Assembly (NCBI GenBank): GCA_964016885.1
Contig: OZ024740.1
Span: 292,950,001 to 293,014,000, forward strand
DNA: 64,000 bases
From: Eledone cirrhosa
Lineage: Eukaryota
Direction: 5' to 3'
The notes beneath the pieces are model-generated. The model was not told where the DNA came from and searched no databases. It was given only the letters and a program-made list of their open reading frames with translations. Of the stretch, positions 14,352 through 26,900 are shown in pieces (the stretch's first letter is position 1; every line of letters starts with the position of its first letter). The position numbers and the translations under genes were made by a program.

Positions 14352-15781
14352 TGCAGGGCATCCCTCTGGAACCGGGACTGCGGAAAGCGGCGTCGGCCTA
14401 CGCCGACGACGTGACAGTAATGGTGTCGAGCGCCTCGCAAATCGAGAAAGTCGGCACCTTACTAAAGGAATACGAAAGTCTCACAGGAGCGAAGCTGAAC
14501 CGGGACAAGTCCATCGGTTTGCAACTCGGATCGTGGAGAGGCAGACCGATGCCTTCCGATGGCGTCGTCGGACGCTGGACGGAAGGACCGGTAAAGCTGC
14601 TCGGGGTCTGGTTTGGTCCGGACCTCCAGGTGGAGAAGAACTGGAACGAAGTGACGGCCAAGGTGTTTGCACTCACCCAGAAGTGGGCCGAGTGCAAACT
14701 ATCCTTGAAAGGTCGAGCGGAGGTGGCGAACACTTTTATAGCGTCCGCCATCTACTACCGCTTGACCGTCGTGCCTTGTCCAGCCAAAACGCTCGCCAAA
14801 ATGGAGCGCGCCCTCTTCCGATTCCTTTGGAAGAGGCGGGCTCCTTTGGTAAGAAGATCCATCTGCTGCCAACACCCTTCTAACGGAGGGCTGGGGATGC
14901 CGTGGTTGACGATGCGCAAACACGCGCTCAGGCTGCGGCATCTCTACGTATTCCTCACCGGACAACCGGTGTGGGCCCCGTTCGTGAGGCGAGCCTTCCC
15001 ACGACTCGTCTCACTGACCGAGCTGCAGTCCTGGGTCAAGCAGAGACCGAGGAAAATGGGCGACTGGCACATCGAATGTGCTCAGGCGCTCACAGCCCTC
15101 TGGCAGGCGGACCCGGCGATCAGTGGAGACTCCACTTCGTCATTCTATAGAGGGTTGGTCCGCAGCAAGTGCGACGACGCGCTCGGTGAAACTCTAGGCG
15201 TGGAGGAAGATGAACTGGCCAGTCTGTTCGGTAGGACCTTCCGCCCGGGACCGATGGACAACTTCCAAAAGTCCCTGGCCTGGCAGTGCTACCGAGGAGC
15301 TCTACCAGTTCGAGACAAGCTCTACAGACATGGGCGCCCGGGCAGGGACCCTGCAAAAAAGATCTGTCCGAGGTGCGTGCGAGACGAAGAAACCGTCGCG
15401 CACGCATTCATACACTGCCCGGGCGTCACTGACCTGTGGGGATATGTAGAACGACTATTGTCGCGGGTGGGACCAATCCAGTTGACCACCGAGTCCATTG
15501 TCATGATCAAACCGCCACCCTCCTTCAAAAACGAAGGAGAGGCGGTTTTCCTTTGTGTGATAGCTATGGCGAAAGAGGTTGTATGGTGGACAAGGTTGAA
15601 AGGGCTGAGGTCAGACACCTTTCTCTCCGGCCAACAACTGATTCTTTTTTTCAAATACCACTTTGGAAGAAGAATCAGGATGGAGAGAGAGGTGCTGTAC
15701 CGCAGCAAGTTTTATGAAAGGTGGGTGAAAGTGGCGAGAATGGCCCGAGTGAATGGGCCTTCTCTCTATATCAGCCTGTAG
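14351..15781 (+). pseudogene. 5'-truncated ORF2 (RT C-terminal half + zinc finger) of element 1
   Basis: SAYADDVTV, LLGVWFG, GGLGMP, CPRC...ETVAHAFIHC. The track's N-terminal MGLISIYLSIY is translated microsatellite. Confidence 0.9.
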
Positions 15782-16017
15782 ATTGAGGAAAAGGAGGAGG
15801 AGAGGAAAGGAGTACAAGCTCTTCGTACTCCTGGAGATGAGGGTTGCACATTTTTTCGGGGGTATGTGTTACCCATATAAACTGTCTCCCTCTATTGGGG
15901 AAAATCGACTAACTTTTAAATTCCATCTGTGATAACATTTTACACGTTTTTATTGTATGTAAACTTCCCCCTTTGTATTTGTCCCCTTCTTTTGTGCCCT
16001 TGTGGCTAATAAAGAAA
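14351..16017 (+). mobile_element. Tx1-type non-LTR retrotransposon, element 1 (subfamily A, 5'-truncated)
   Basis: Starts inside RT just before YADD and ends AATAAAGAAA followed by TATATCTATCT. Confidence 0.9.
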
Positions 16018-16230
16018 TATATCTATCTTGATAGAGTAAGACACGCTTCGCATCGGCTCCGCTATTCCATCGGGATTTACCCTTACTATTGTAAGTACCG
16101 GATAAATTTTTTAGTGCAACACATTTGGAACACTAACCCCTGTTATTTAGGGAAACATTTTTGCATTTACCCCCTTTTTAGGGGGTAAAATAAATATCTA
16201 TTTTTGCCGAAAAATTTCTTTCTTGGCAGC

Positions 16231-18032
16231 ATGGCGGAAAAGATGGCAGACATGTCTGCCATTAGCTCTGCCACGCCCCCCAAGTCTGAAGAACAAAAAA
16301 TAATTACAACAAAATTAGACATTGAAACAAACAAACAAAATGAAAAAACAAATGTTAAGGAAAATGAGCAAACAGAAAACAAACAAACAGAAAATAATAC
16401 AAATAACGACAGGGCAACTTTCGCCCAGAAAACAAAACAATCCATTACATACACACCAATTGACCTAACTGCCGCCAGAGAAAAACTGGCCGAAGCAAAG
16501 AAACACATTGTTTTGGGGGAGAACGGAATGTTTTCCATTAACTCCCCCCCAGAATTCAAGAAAGCCAGAGCAGAAAACACAGTTCTATACAGAACTATAC
16601 TGAACCAGACAAGAAAGCCAGCACAGCCCAGCCAAATGGAAATAGAGTTAGTCCTAAAAGACTATATGAAGAATATTCTCTTCATACGAAAGGACCGACT
16701 CTATGGCAGCATTTCGGTCCTAACAAGAGACAAAGAAACGGCGGAGAAGCTTTCCCTAAGCCCACTCTCGTCGACAACATATAGCTTCTATCCCTCCTAC
16801 ATGGGTAGAAGAACACAGAGAGTAAAAGTAAAAACAATGCTGCCCACAATGGACTTCTGGTGGGCTATTGCTGGCTTCATTGATATGGGCGAAGACACTA
16901 TGCTGTCAATGGGGAAGGCAACTGGAGATGCGTTCCTGGGAATGGGCCTCGACATACTAGTCCAAATGAGGCCCGAAAGAATAGCACAAATCCCGGATCG
17001 CATCTGGCTGGATGACCTTACCCCAATAGACATAATTGTAGAGGGGAGAAGACCAGCATGCTATTTATGCATGGAAAGGGGACACGTTAAGGCTAACTGC
17101 CCGAAACGTATCCCCCAAAAAGGACTATTGCCCACACCCACCACAAACAGTACACCAGCACCACCCACCTCCAAAAATACACTAATACCACACACAGCAA
17201 ACAAAATACAGACACCACCAACCACAAACACAACACAAACATCACCACCACCAGCACCAAACACAAGCACGACACAAAAATCACCACCACCAACCACAAC
17301 ACAAACATCACCACCACCATCACCAACCACAAGCACGACACAAACATTACCACCACCACCACCACAAAACCCATTCCAAACAAATAATAAAAAAAACAGT
17401 AACAAATCTACCCCTCCCGCAAAAAAAAAACAACCACACAACACGTCCCTCCCACCTAGCGCTGAAGAGTTTCCCCCAACTTCTGAAGAAGAAGGAGGAG
17501 AAGCCTTCAGACAAGTTAAAAGAAAAAAAAGAAAACACACACCCAGAACACCACAAATAACCCACACACAAACACCAACTCCAATCAAAAACACCCCACC
17601 CTCAACAAACAAAAATAAATCTGCGCCTCCCCTCTCCGAAACATTGACAGCATCACAAAAAAAGACGTTGCAATACACATATATAAATAAAGAAAACAAA
17701 AAACTGGTTAAATTAATAAACAATAACCCTATGGTGCAGACCGAAGGGCCAAACTTTATCTCAACAGAGAACTTCACCCATTTAAAAATGATAAAGGTCC
17801 CTCTGGACCTTTATCGTTCCTTAAAAGAACAATTTAGACGGGACGTGAGCCCCCCCCTGTTTAAAACCGTTGAATCGCGTCCTCTTGAAAGATTTCCCCA
17901 TAACCGCCCCTCTCCCTGACACAACTCCAAATACCCCAACCCCACCACACACGTGTACCCCCACACCACCACAAAACATCCCTCCACCCAACACACCTGA
18001 TGCCATGGAAATTACGCAACCCGGAGAGGTAA
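16231..18032 (+). CDS. ORF1 gag-like nucleic-acid-binding protein of element 2 (frameshift near 17850)
   Basis: Zinc knuckle CYLCMERGHVKANC (CX2CX4HX4C), Pro/Thr-rich linker, basic cluster KRKKRKH. Homology to element 3 ORF1 continues in another frame (NRVLLKDFP...) after a C-run. Confidence 0.8.
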
Positions 18033-18063
18033 GTGCTTTTCTTTCTTCACTTTCAACACCAAA

Positions 18064-21000
18064 ATAGATCAATTGAGAGTTGGCTGTTTGAACGCGCGTG
18101 GCCTGGGCTCAGCTTGGAAGCAAGCAAAGCTTCTAAGTGACCTCAGGTCACAAAGTATAGATGTGATGGTTGTTTGCGAGAGTCGGATCAGCAGCGTGAG
18201 ACAGCTGGCGCCCGCCTTCGATGACTTTGAGATGCACGCATCTCTCTGTCAACCCGGAGGCGGGGGGGGGGGAGTTGCCGTACTGCTGGATAAACGTCTG
18301 ACTCTCGACGTACAGATTGTTCACTCGGACCCGGGGGGTCGATTACTGGTGCTGGACGTCGGAGGCGGTGAAGGCGGGGCTTTCAGACTGGTCGGTCTTT
18401 ATGCTCCCTTCGGGGCGGAAAGAGCCGACTTCTTCCAGCGTCTGGAGACTTTTCTAGGAACGTCGCGTTCCCTGCTTTTAGTGGGGGACTGGAATGGAAT
18501 CCTAGATGCGCGTTGGGACTATGCAGGGGCATGTCCCGATAGAGGGGGGTGTAGCAGCCTGAAGGGTTACTCGATCGATTCGACCTGGTCGATAGATTTC
18601 GACTAGATTGTCCAACTGCGCCAACCTGGACCTGGGCAAACCGCAGTGGACAATCTAGATCGTACCTAGATAGGTTTTTGGTTAGGTTTTTAGTTAGGAT
18701 AGGGACGTATTTAGTTGTCCAGAACTGATCATGGTTGGCTATTCAGATCACAAATTAGTGACCTGCGTGGTCAACCTTGATAGAACGCATAGACAGGGTC
18801 CCGGTTACTGGAAGATGAACTTGTCCTTACCGACAAAGAAAGATTACAGAAACCGGATTAGTAGCTTAGTTAAGATGCGGTTGACGGGAGCGATCGTCAA
18901 CAGTAGGTGGTGGATATCTCTAAAGAGAGAGATTAGAGTAAGTTCGATAGGTTACAGTAAGGAACTAGCGGCGAATAGAAATAGGAGGGAAAGGGAGTTA
19001 ACAGATAAACTAGAAGAGGCGATTAGGAGCGGAGACGTAGCCAGAGTGTTAGCGACGAGAACGGCATTGAGCCAGTTCTTTGACGCGAAGCACGAAGGCT
19101 GCGTTGTCCGAAGTAAAATACGTGCTTTAGGAAACGAGGGGACCAAAGCTGTTAGCTGGGCCCGCGTGACAGAAGCCAAGAGTGGGATTAAATCCACCAT
19201 TCGGTCTTTGCGAGACCAGGATGGACGGGTGATCCTTGAACCTGAGCGAATGTGCGAGACCTTTCAAAGGCACTTTGCTCGACTGTTCGGAGGTGGCGGG
19301 GGGCCGGACGGGGATGTGGACTTCGGTCCATACCTCGACGGTCTACCGCGTCTTTCGAGCGGCGAAGCGGAGTGCTGCGAAAGGCCAATCACAGCCACTG
19401 AAATCGGGGAAGCGCTCAGCCAATGCAGCAGACGCAAATCCCCGGGTCTCGATGGTCTACCATACGAACTTTATTTAGCTATGCCGGTCTTGTTCTCCGA
19501 ACTCCTCGAGGCTGTCTATTGCAACTGGCAACAGAACGGGAGAATTCCCTGTTCTGTGACCAAGGGCGTGGTCACGCTAGTGAGGAAGGACGAGAGCAAG
19601 GGGGACGACTTAAGTAACTTTAGGCCCATAACTCTGCTGAATGCAGAGTTACAGATTTTGGCCAAGGTGTTGGCGAAGAGGTTGGCGCTTGTGGTGGGTG
19701 GTTTGGTGGGAGACGCGCAGACATGCGCTATCCCGTCCAGGTCCATTCACGACAACCTCCACCTCATGCGATACATCATAGAGAGGGTTGGCTACGAACC
19801 CGGCTTTGGTGGGGCCCTGATCAACTTGGATCAATCTAAGGCGTTCGATAGGGTCGACCATGGTTACCTGGATGCGGTGCTAGCGGCGGCGGGCTTCGGA
19901 CCCGTTTTCAGGGGCTGGATTTCTGCCATGCACAGTGGCAACATCTACTCTAGGATTAAAGTAAACGGCTACCTCTCGGAGCCGTTTCAAATCACCCGAT
20001 CCATCAGACAGGGGTGCCCCCTCTCCTCCCTTCTGTACGTATTGACTCTCGAGCCACTGCTGCGGAAGTTGGAGTTGCTGCGGGGCATACCCCTGGAACC
20101 GGGATTGCACAAAGCGGTCTCGGCCTATGCCGACGACGTAACAGTAATGGTGGCGGACGCCTCGGAAATCGGGGCGATCGCCACCCTACTGGAGGAATAC
20201 GAAAGGCTGACGGGGGCTAAGCTGAACCAGGACAAGTCAGTCGGTTTGCAACTCGGAACGTGGAGGGGCAAACCGATGCCGTTAGACGGTGTCGTCGGGC
20301 GGTGGACGGAGGGCCCGGTGAAGCTGCTCGGGGTCTGGTTCGGACCGGACCTCCAGGTGGAGAAGAATTGGGGCGAGGTGACGAGCAGGGTGTTTGCGCT
20401 GACCCAGAAGTGGGCCAAGTGCAAACTATCACTGAAAGGTCGGGCGGAGGTGACGAACGCTTACATAGCGTCCGTCATCTACTACCGCCTGACCGTCGTG
20501 CCTTGCCCCAAGGAAAAGCTCACCATCATGGAACGCATGCTCTTCCAGTTCCTCTGGAAGAAGCGGCCTCCCATGGTGAGGAGATCCATCTGCTGCCAGC
20601 ACCCTTCGAAAGGAGGGCTGGGTATGCCGTGGCTGTTGATGCGTAGGCACGCATTGAGGCTACGGCATCTACAGGTATTCCTCAACGGTCAGCCGGTGTG
20701 GGCCCCGTTTGTGAGGCGAGCCTTCCCACAGCTCGTCTCGCTCACCGAACTGCAATCCTTGGTGAAGCAAAGACCGAGAAAACTGGGCAACTGGCACACC
20801 GAGTGTGCCCAGGCGCTCACGGCTATTTGGCAAGCGGACCCGACTGTCAGTGGAGAATCCACCTCGACATTCTATAGAGGGTTGGTGGCTAGCAGGGGCG
20901 ACGACACCCTTGGAGAGTCGCTAGGCATGGAGGAGGACGAACTGGCCAGCCTGTTCGGTAGAACTTTCGGCCCGGGACCCATGGACAACTTCCAGAGGTC

Positions 21001-21507
21001 CCTAGCCTGGCAGTGTTACCGGGGGGCTCTGCCCGTTCGAGAAAACCTCTACAGACACGGGCGCCCGGGCAGGGATCCCGCGAAAAAGATCTGTCCCAGA
21101 TGCGTGCGCGACGAGGAAACCGTTGCGCATGCACTGGTACACTGCCCGGGCGTTGCCGATCTGTGGGGCTACGTCGAACGACTGCTGTCGCGTGTGGCGC
21201 CGATTCGATTAACCGCCGAGTCTGTGGTGAACATCAAGCCGCCTCCTCCCTTCAGAAATGAAGCAGAGGCGGTCTTTCTGTACGTAATAGCCATGATGAA
21301 AGAGGTTGTGTGGTGGACGCGCCTGAAAGGTCTGAGGTCGGGTGACTTTCTCTCCGGCCATCACCTGGTTTACTTCTTCCGATACCACTTCGAAGAAGAA
21401 TCAGGATGGAGAGAGAAGTGCTTGGTCCCAGACAGTTTTATGAAAGGTGGGTGAAAGAAGCGAGAATGGCCCGTGTAAATGGGCCTTCTCTCTACATTGT
21501 TCTGTAG
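18064..21507 (+). pseudogene. ORF2 (APE endonuclease + RT + zinc finger) of element 2, disrupted
   Basis: RVGCLNARGL, GDWN, SDHK, SPGLDG, FRPITLLN, DQSKAFDRV, RQGCPLS, YADD. The start appears as ATA, with frameshifts near 18565, 18690 and 21390 relative to element 3. Confidence 0.85.
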
Positions 21508-21737
21508 GTGAAGAAGTGAAGAGGAAAGGGGGAGCGCCTCCTCTCTGGGCTTCCCCCGCGAAAAGAGTTGCACACTTTTCGGGGGTATGTGCAATCCCCA
21601 ACACGCCCCCTCCCTTTTGAGGACTTTTATTGTTATATTATTATTGTTATTCCTTTTTTCTTTACTCGATTTATGTAAACTCCCCCACTGTGTAAATGTC
21701 CCCTTCTTTTGTGCCCTCGTGGCAAATAAATAGAAAT

Positions 21738-21738
<1 letters not shown>

Positions 21739-21808
<70 letters not shown>
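21739..21808. repeat. (TATC)17.5 spacer between elements 2 and 3
   Basis: Perfect tetranucleotide run. Confidence 0.95.
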
Positions 21809-22199
21809 GGCGTATAATCTAGCTGTCGTCTGTTCTACAGTGTGGATGTCATTCACTTCGCACAGAAGTTTTGTTCAAATTTATTGAGGAAATTTTGTGA
21901 GTTCAAACTTAATTTTGATACAATTGTGTAGCTTGACCCTCCGTCTGAACTGTCAGGCGGTGGGTCAGCTCATCTTTACCCCTCCTAGAGGTGAAAAACC
22001 TGTTTTAAAAAATTTTGTGTAAAAAATTTCAATCGTCTAACAGAAATGTTAAACGCAGCGAACGAAAATAGTGGTGGGGGGACAGCGGTAAGAGTTGTAA
22101 GCTCGCACGCTTTAGTCCTCCCTTCCTTCCCAACTAACGTCATAGAGAAGGAAGGAAAAATGAAAATAAAAACGGACGAATCTGCGGAGAAAAAATTAA

Positions 22200-23924
22200 A
22201 TGACGAAAACAACGAAAAAAAAAAAATTTGAAAAATTGCATGACAATACTAATAACACAAACAAAGACACAACAAACAAAAAAATAACAGTTGAAAATAA
22301 CATCATATCAGAAAACAAAGCAGACGACAAGATTTCATTTGCACAGAAAACAAAGAAATCTTTGACTTATATAGCGGAAAACATTTCAGATGTGGTACGA
22401 AGGATCACGGACGCAAAACAATACATAAGTGAAGGTGAGAATGGTATTTTATTGGTAAAAATGCCTCAAGAATTCACGAAAGACATTGAAAGCCGAACGG
22501 TCAAGTTTCGGACCATCAACAACAGTACAAAAAAACCTGAACAGCCTTCTCAAGCAGATATCAAAACAGTACTCGCAGAAGTACTGAATGAAACAACTTT
22601 CATAAGAAAAGACAGACTGTATGGAAGCCTAGCAATTATCATGAAGAACGAATCGGCGGCAAAAAAATGTGCTTTGTCACCGATTCGTTCGAAAAATTTC
22701 ACCTTTTATCCATCTTATATGGGAAAAAAAACTCAACGCATATGGCTGGATGCAATGATGCCAGATGTGGACTACTGCTGGCTCATAGCTGGCTTCATCG
22801 ATCCAGTGAATGACAACGTGATTTCCATTGGGAAAACCACAGGCAATGCGTTCAGTGGAACAGGTATAGAGCTGGTAGTACAAATGAAGCCTGAACGCAT
22901 CGCCCAAATACCCGACAGAATCCTATTAGAGGACCACGGGTATATAAACATTAGCGTGGAGGGGAGAAGGCCGTCCTGCCATATCTGTGCAGGCAGAGGG
23001 CACCTGAAGGCCGCTTGTCCCCAACTCAACAAAAAGAAAACCCTGCTACCAACACCAGCTCCACCACCACCACCACAACAGATAAACAAACAACAAAACT
23101 CAGTCCCACCCAACCCGTCCCTCAGTAACACCACAACACCACCACAACACAAACAGTCACAACACATTACCCCAAAACAAAATACAGGCCCACCCAACCT
23201 CTCACTCAATAAAACAACACAACCACCGCAGACACAACACACAACACAGTCTAACATAGTGACATCCATCTCCCCCACAAAGAAAACCAACACGGAAACA
23301 TTACCAGCAAACATACCTCTTCCCTCCAACACTGAAGATAACCCAACGAATTCGGAGGAAGAAACGGAGTCCTTCAGACAGATTAAAAGGAAAAAAAGAA
23401 AACATGTGCAAAACACACAAGGACAAACAACCCCCACCCAAATCGCAACACAATCTAACAAAACAGAAAACACCCCTCCAGCAACAAACAAAACCAAACC
23501 TGCCCCTCCCCTCTTCGAAACACTCACACTATCGGAAAAAAAGACATTACACTATACTTACATCAACAGAAACAATAATAAATTAAATGAACTCATATAC
23601 AATAATCCTTCGGTACAAACCGAAGGTGTAAACTTTGTTTCATCAGAAAACCACCCACATTTAAAACTAATAAAAATCCCAATGAACCTCTACCAAAAAC
23701 TAAAAAAGGATTTTAAGGAGGACGTAGGACCACCCTCTGTCAAACCCATAAACCGCGTCCTACTAAAAAGCTTTCCCCCTCCCCTTCCCCTCCCCAACAC
23801 AACTCCAAACACCCCAACCCCACCACACACCGACGACCCCACACCACCACAAGACACCCCTTCACCCAACACCCCCGACCCCATGGAAGTCGTGCAACCC
23901 GAACCCCGGGAAGCGGAAAGGTAG
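22200..23924 (+). CDS. ORF1 gag-like protein of element 3
   Basis: Zinc knuckle CHICAGRGHLKAAC, RKDRLYGS motif shared with element 2, Pro/Thr/Gln-rich linker, KRKKRKH. The true start may be 22046, with a shift at the A-run near 22216-22226. Confidence 0.85.
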   Translation: MTKTTKKKKFEKLHDNTNNTNKDTTNKKITVENNIISENKADDKISFAQKTKKSLTYIAENISDVVRRITDAKQYISEGENGILLVKMPQEFTKDIESRTVKFRTINNSTKKPEQPSQADIKTVLAEVLNETTFIRKDRLYGSLAIIMKNESAAKKCALSPIRSKNFTFYPSYMGKKTQRIWLDAMMPDVDYCWLIAGFIDPVNDNVISIGKTTGNAFSGTGIELVVQMKPERIAQIPDRILLEDHGYINISVEGRRPSCHICAGRGHLKAACPQLNKKKTLLPTPAPPPPPQQINKQQNSVPPNPSLSNTTTPPQHKQSQHITPKQNTGPPNLSLNKTTQPPQTQHTTQSNIVTSISPTKKTNTETLPANIPLPSNTEDNPTNSEEETESFRQIKRKKRKHVQNTQGQTTPTQIATQSNKTENTPPATNKTKPAPPLFETLTLSEKKTLHYTYINRNNNKLNELIYNNPSVQTEGVNFVSSENHPHLKLIKIPMNLYQKLKKDFKEDVGPPSVKPINRVLLKSFPPPLPLPNTTPNTPTPPHTDDPTPPQDTPSPNTPDPMEVVQPEPREAER

Positions 23925-23957
23925 GTCTCTACACTCTCCTTTGGCTCTGCCGCCCAC

Positions 23958-26900
23958 ATGGATGTGTTAAGAGTAGGATGTTTGAATGCACGTGGCCTGG
24001 GCTCAACTTGGAAGCAAGCAAAGCTTCTAAATGACCTCAGGTCATGTAGTATAAATGTAATGGTTATCTGTGAGACTCGAATCAGCGTCATGCGGCAGCT
24101 GGCCCCCACCTTCGATGACTTTGAGGTGCATGCATCTCTCTGTCAACCTGGAGGTGGGGGTGGGGTTGTCGTGCTGCTGCAAAAACACCTGGGTCTTGCC
24201 GTACAGGTTGTGCACTCGGACCCGGAGGGTCGTTTGTTGGTGCTAGACGTTGGCAGTAGTGAAAGTGCGGCCTTGAGACTGGTCGCCGTCTACTCCCCTT
24301 TCGGAGCTGAACGGCCCGACTTCTTCCAGCGTTTGGAGACTTTTCTGGCAACGTCGCGTTCCCTGCTTCTAGCGGGGGATTGGAATGACATCCTGGATGC
24401 ACGTTGGGACTATGCAGGAGCATGTCCTAATAGAGGGGGGTGTAACAGCCTCAAGGGGTTACTCGACCGTTTTAACTTGGTCGATAGATATCGACTAGAT
24501 TTTCCAACTGTGCCTACCTGGACTTGGAGAAACCACAGTGGTCAAGCTAGATCGTACTTAGATAGATTCTTAGTTAGAAGTAAGGATAGGGACATATTAA
24601 GCTGTCCAGAAATGCGCACGGTTGGCTACACGGATCACAAATTAGTGACCTGCGTGGTCAATCTCGAGAAAACACATAGACAGGGTCCCGGTTACTGGAA
24701 ACTTAATTTGTCTTTACCGGCAAAAGAGACTTACAGAAACCGGATTAGCAGATTAGTTAAGGAGAGGTTGACGGGTGCAATCGTCAACAACCGATGGTGG
24801 GCATCTCTCAAAAGAGAGATTAGAACAGAATCAATAAGTTATAGCAAGATGTTAGCTGCCAATAGGAATAGAAACGAGAAAGAATTAACAGGTAAATTAG
24901 AAGAGGCAATCAAGAGCGAAGATGTGGCCAGAGTGCTGGCATCGAGGACGGCCTTGAACCAGTTTTTCGATGCAAAGCATGAAGGCTGCGTCATTCGAAG
25001 TAAAATACGTGCTCTAGGTAATGAGGGGGCCAAAGCCGTTGGATGGGCCCGCGTGACAGAAGCTAAAAGTGGAAATCGATCCACCATCCGGTCGTTGCAA
25101 GACGAAGATGGACGAGTGATCCGGGAGCCTAAGCAGATGTGCGAGGCCTTTCAAAAGCACTTTGCCCGATTGTTCGGGGGAGGCGAGGGTCCGGGCCGGG
25201 GCGTGGATTTCGGTCCATACCTCGACGGCCTGCCGCGTCTCTCGAACAAAGAGGCAGAGTCCTGCGAGGGACCAATCTCGGCTGATGAGATCGGAGATGC
25301 GCTGAGCCAATGCAGCAGACGCAAATCTCCAGGTCTCGATGGTATACCTTACGAACTTTATTTAGCAATGCCGGTCTTCTTCTCCGAACTCCTCGAAGCG
25401 GTCTACTGCAATTGGCAGCAGAACGGGAGAATTCCTTGTTCTGTAGCCAAGGGCGTAGTCACGCTGGTGAGGAAGGACGAGAACAAGGGGGATAGTATAA
25501 ATAATTTTCGGCCCATAACCCTGCTAAACACAGAGTTAAAGATTTTGGCCAAGGTGTTAGCAAAGAGGTTGGCGCTTGTCGTGGGTGGCCTGGTGGGAGA
25601 TGCGCAGACATGTGCTATCCCATCCAGGTCCATTCACGATAACCTCCACCTCATGCGATACATCATAGAGAGGGTTGGCAACAAACCCGGCTTCGGTGGG
25701 GCCCTGATCAACTTGGATCAGTCTAAGGCCTTCGATAGGGTCGACCATGGTTACCTGGATGCGGTGCTAGCGGCGGCTGGGTTCGGTCCTGTTTTCAGAG
25801 GCTGGATCACTGCCCTACATAGCAACCACATCTGTTCTAGGATCAAGGTGAACGGCTACCTTTCGAAGCCGTTCGAAATCACACGATCCATTCGACAGGG
25901 GTGCCCTCTCTCCTCCCTTCTGTACGTATTGACTCTCGAGCCTTTACTGAGGAAGTTGGAGTTGTTGCAGGGTATCCCCCTGGAACCAGGATTGAGCAAA
26001 GCGGTGTCGGCCTACGCCGATGACGTAACAGTAATGGTATCAACCGACTCGGAGATCGAGGCGATCGGTACCTTACTGGAGGAGTACGAAAGGTTGTCAG
26101 GAGCGAAACTGAACCGGGAAAAATCCATCGGGCTGCAACTCGGAACGTGGAGAGGCAAACCGATGCCTCCTGACGGTGTCGTCGGACACTGGACGGAGGG
26201 CCCGGTAAAGTTGCTTGGGGTCTGGTTTGGACCGGACCTCCAGGTGGAAAAGAACTGGAACGAGGTTACGAACAAGGTGTTTGCACTAACCCAGAAATGG
26301 GCCAAGTGTAAGCTGTCCCTAAAAGGCCGGGCGGAGGTGGCGAACATTTACATAGCGTCCGTCACTTACTACCGCCTGACTGTCGTGCCTTGCCCTAAGG
26401 AAACACTCACCACCATGGAACGCATGCTCTTCCAATTTCTTTGGAAGAAGCGTCCTCATATGGTGAGAAGATCCATCTGCTGCCAACAACCTTCGAAAGG
26501 AGGGCTGGGGATGCCGTGGTTGATGATGCGTAGGCACGCATTAAGGCTACGGCACCTACAGGTATTCCTCACTGGTCAACCGGTGTGGGCTCCGTTCGTG
26601 AAACGAGCCTTTCCGAGACTCGTCTCACTCACCGAGCTACAGTCCTGGGTCAAGCAAAGATCCGGAAAACTGGGAGACTGGCACACTGAGTGTGCTCAGG
26701 CGCTCAGGGCTCTCTGGCAAGCGGGCCGGGCCATCGGTGGAGAATCCACCTCATCATTCTATAGAGGGCTGGTGGCTAGCAGGGGCGATGACACCCTTGG
26801 AGAGTCGCTGGACATGGAAGAAGACGAACTGGCCAGCCTGTTCGGTAGGACTTTCGGCCCAGGACCAATGGACAACTTCCAGAAGTCACTGGCCTGGCAG

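Larger units (their letters stand above)
16029..21736 (+). mobile_element. Tx1-type non-LTR retrotransposon, element 2 (subfamily B, full-length, frameshifted)
   Basis: 5' UTR, ORF1, ORF2 and a 3' UTR ending AATAAATAGAAA; flanked on both sides by TATC repeats. Confidence 0.9.

Noticed and set aside
16167-17777. Long antisense Val/Gly/Cys-rich ORFs opposite ORF1 (also 22772-23527)
   Set aside because: Shadow frames of the A/C-rich ORF1 strand.
18029-18067. 39-nt GT-AG mini-intron fusing ORF1 to ORF2
   Set aside because: Splicing gives ATC AAT TGA, out of frame with ORF2; the AG probably derives from an ATG-to-ATA mutation and is absent in element 3.
16013-21747. Possible 16-bp TSD for element 2 (AGAAAT-A/T-TATCTATCT)
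   Set aside because: One mismatch and indistinguishable from the shared element 3' end plus repeat; not decisive.
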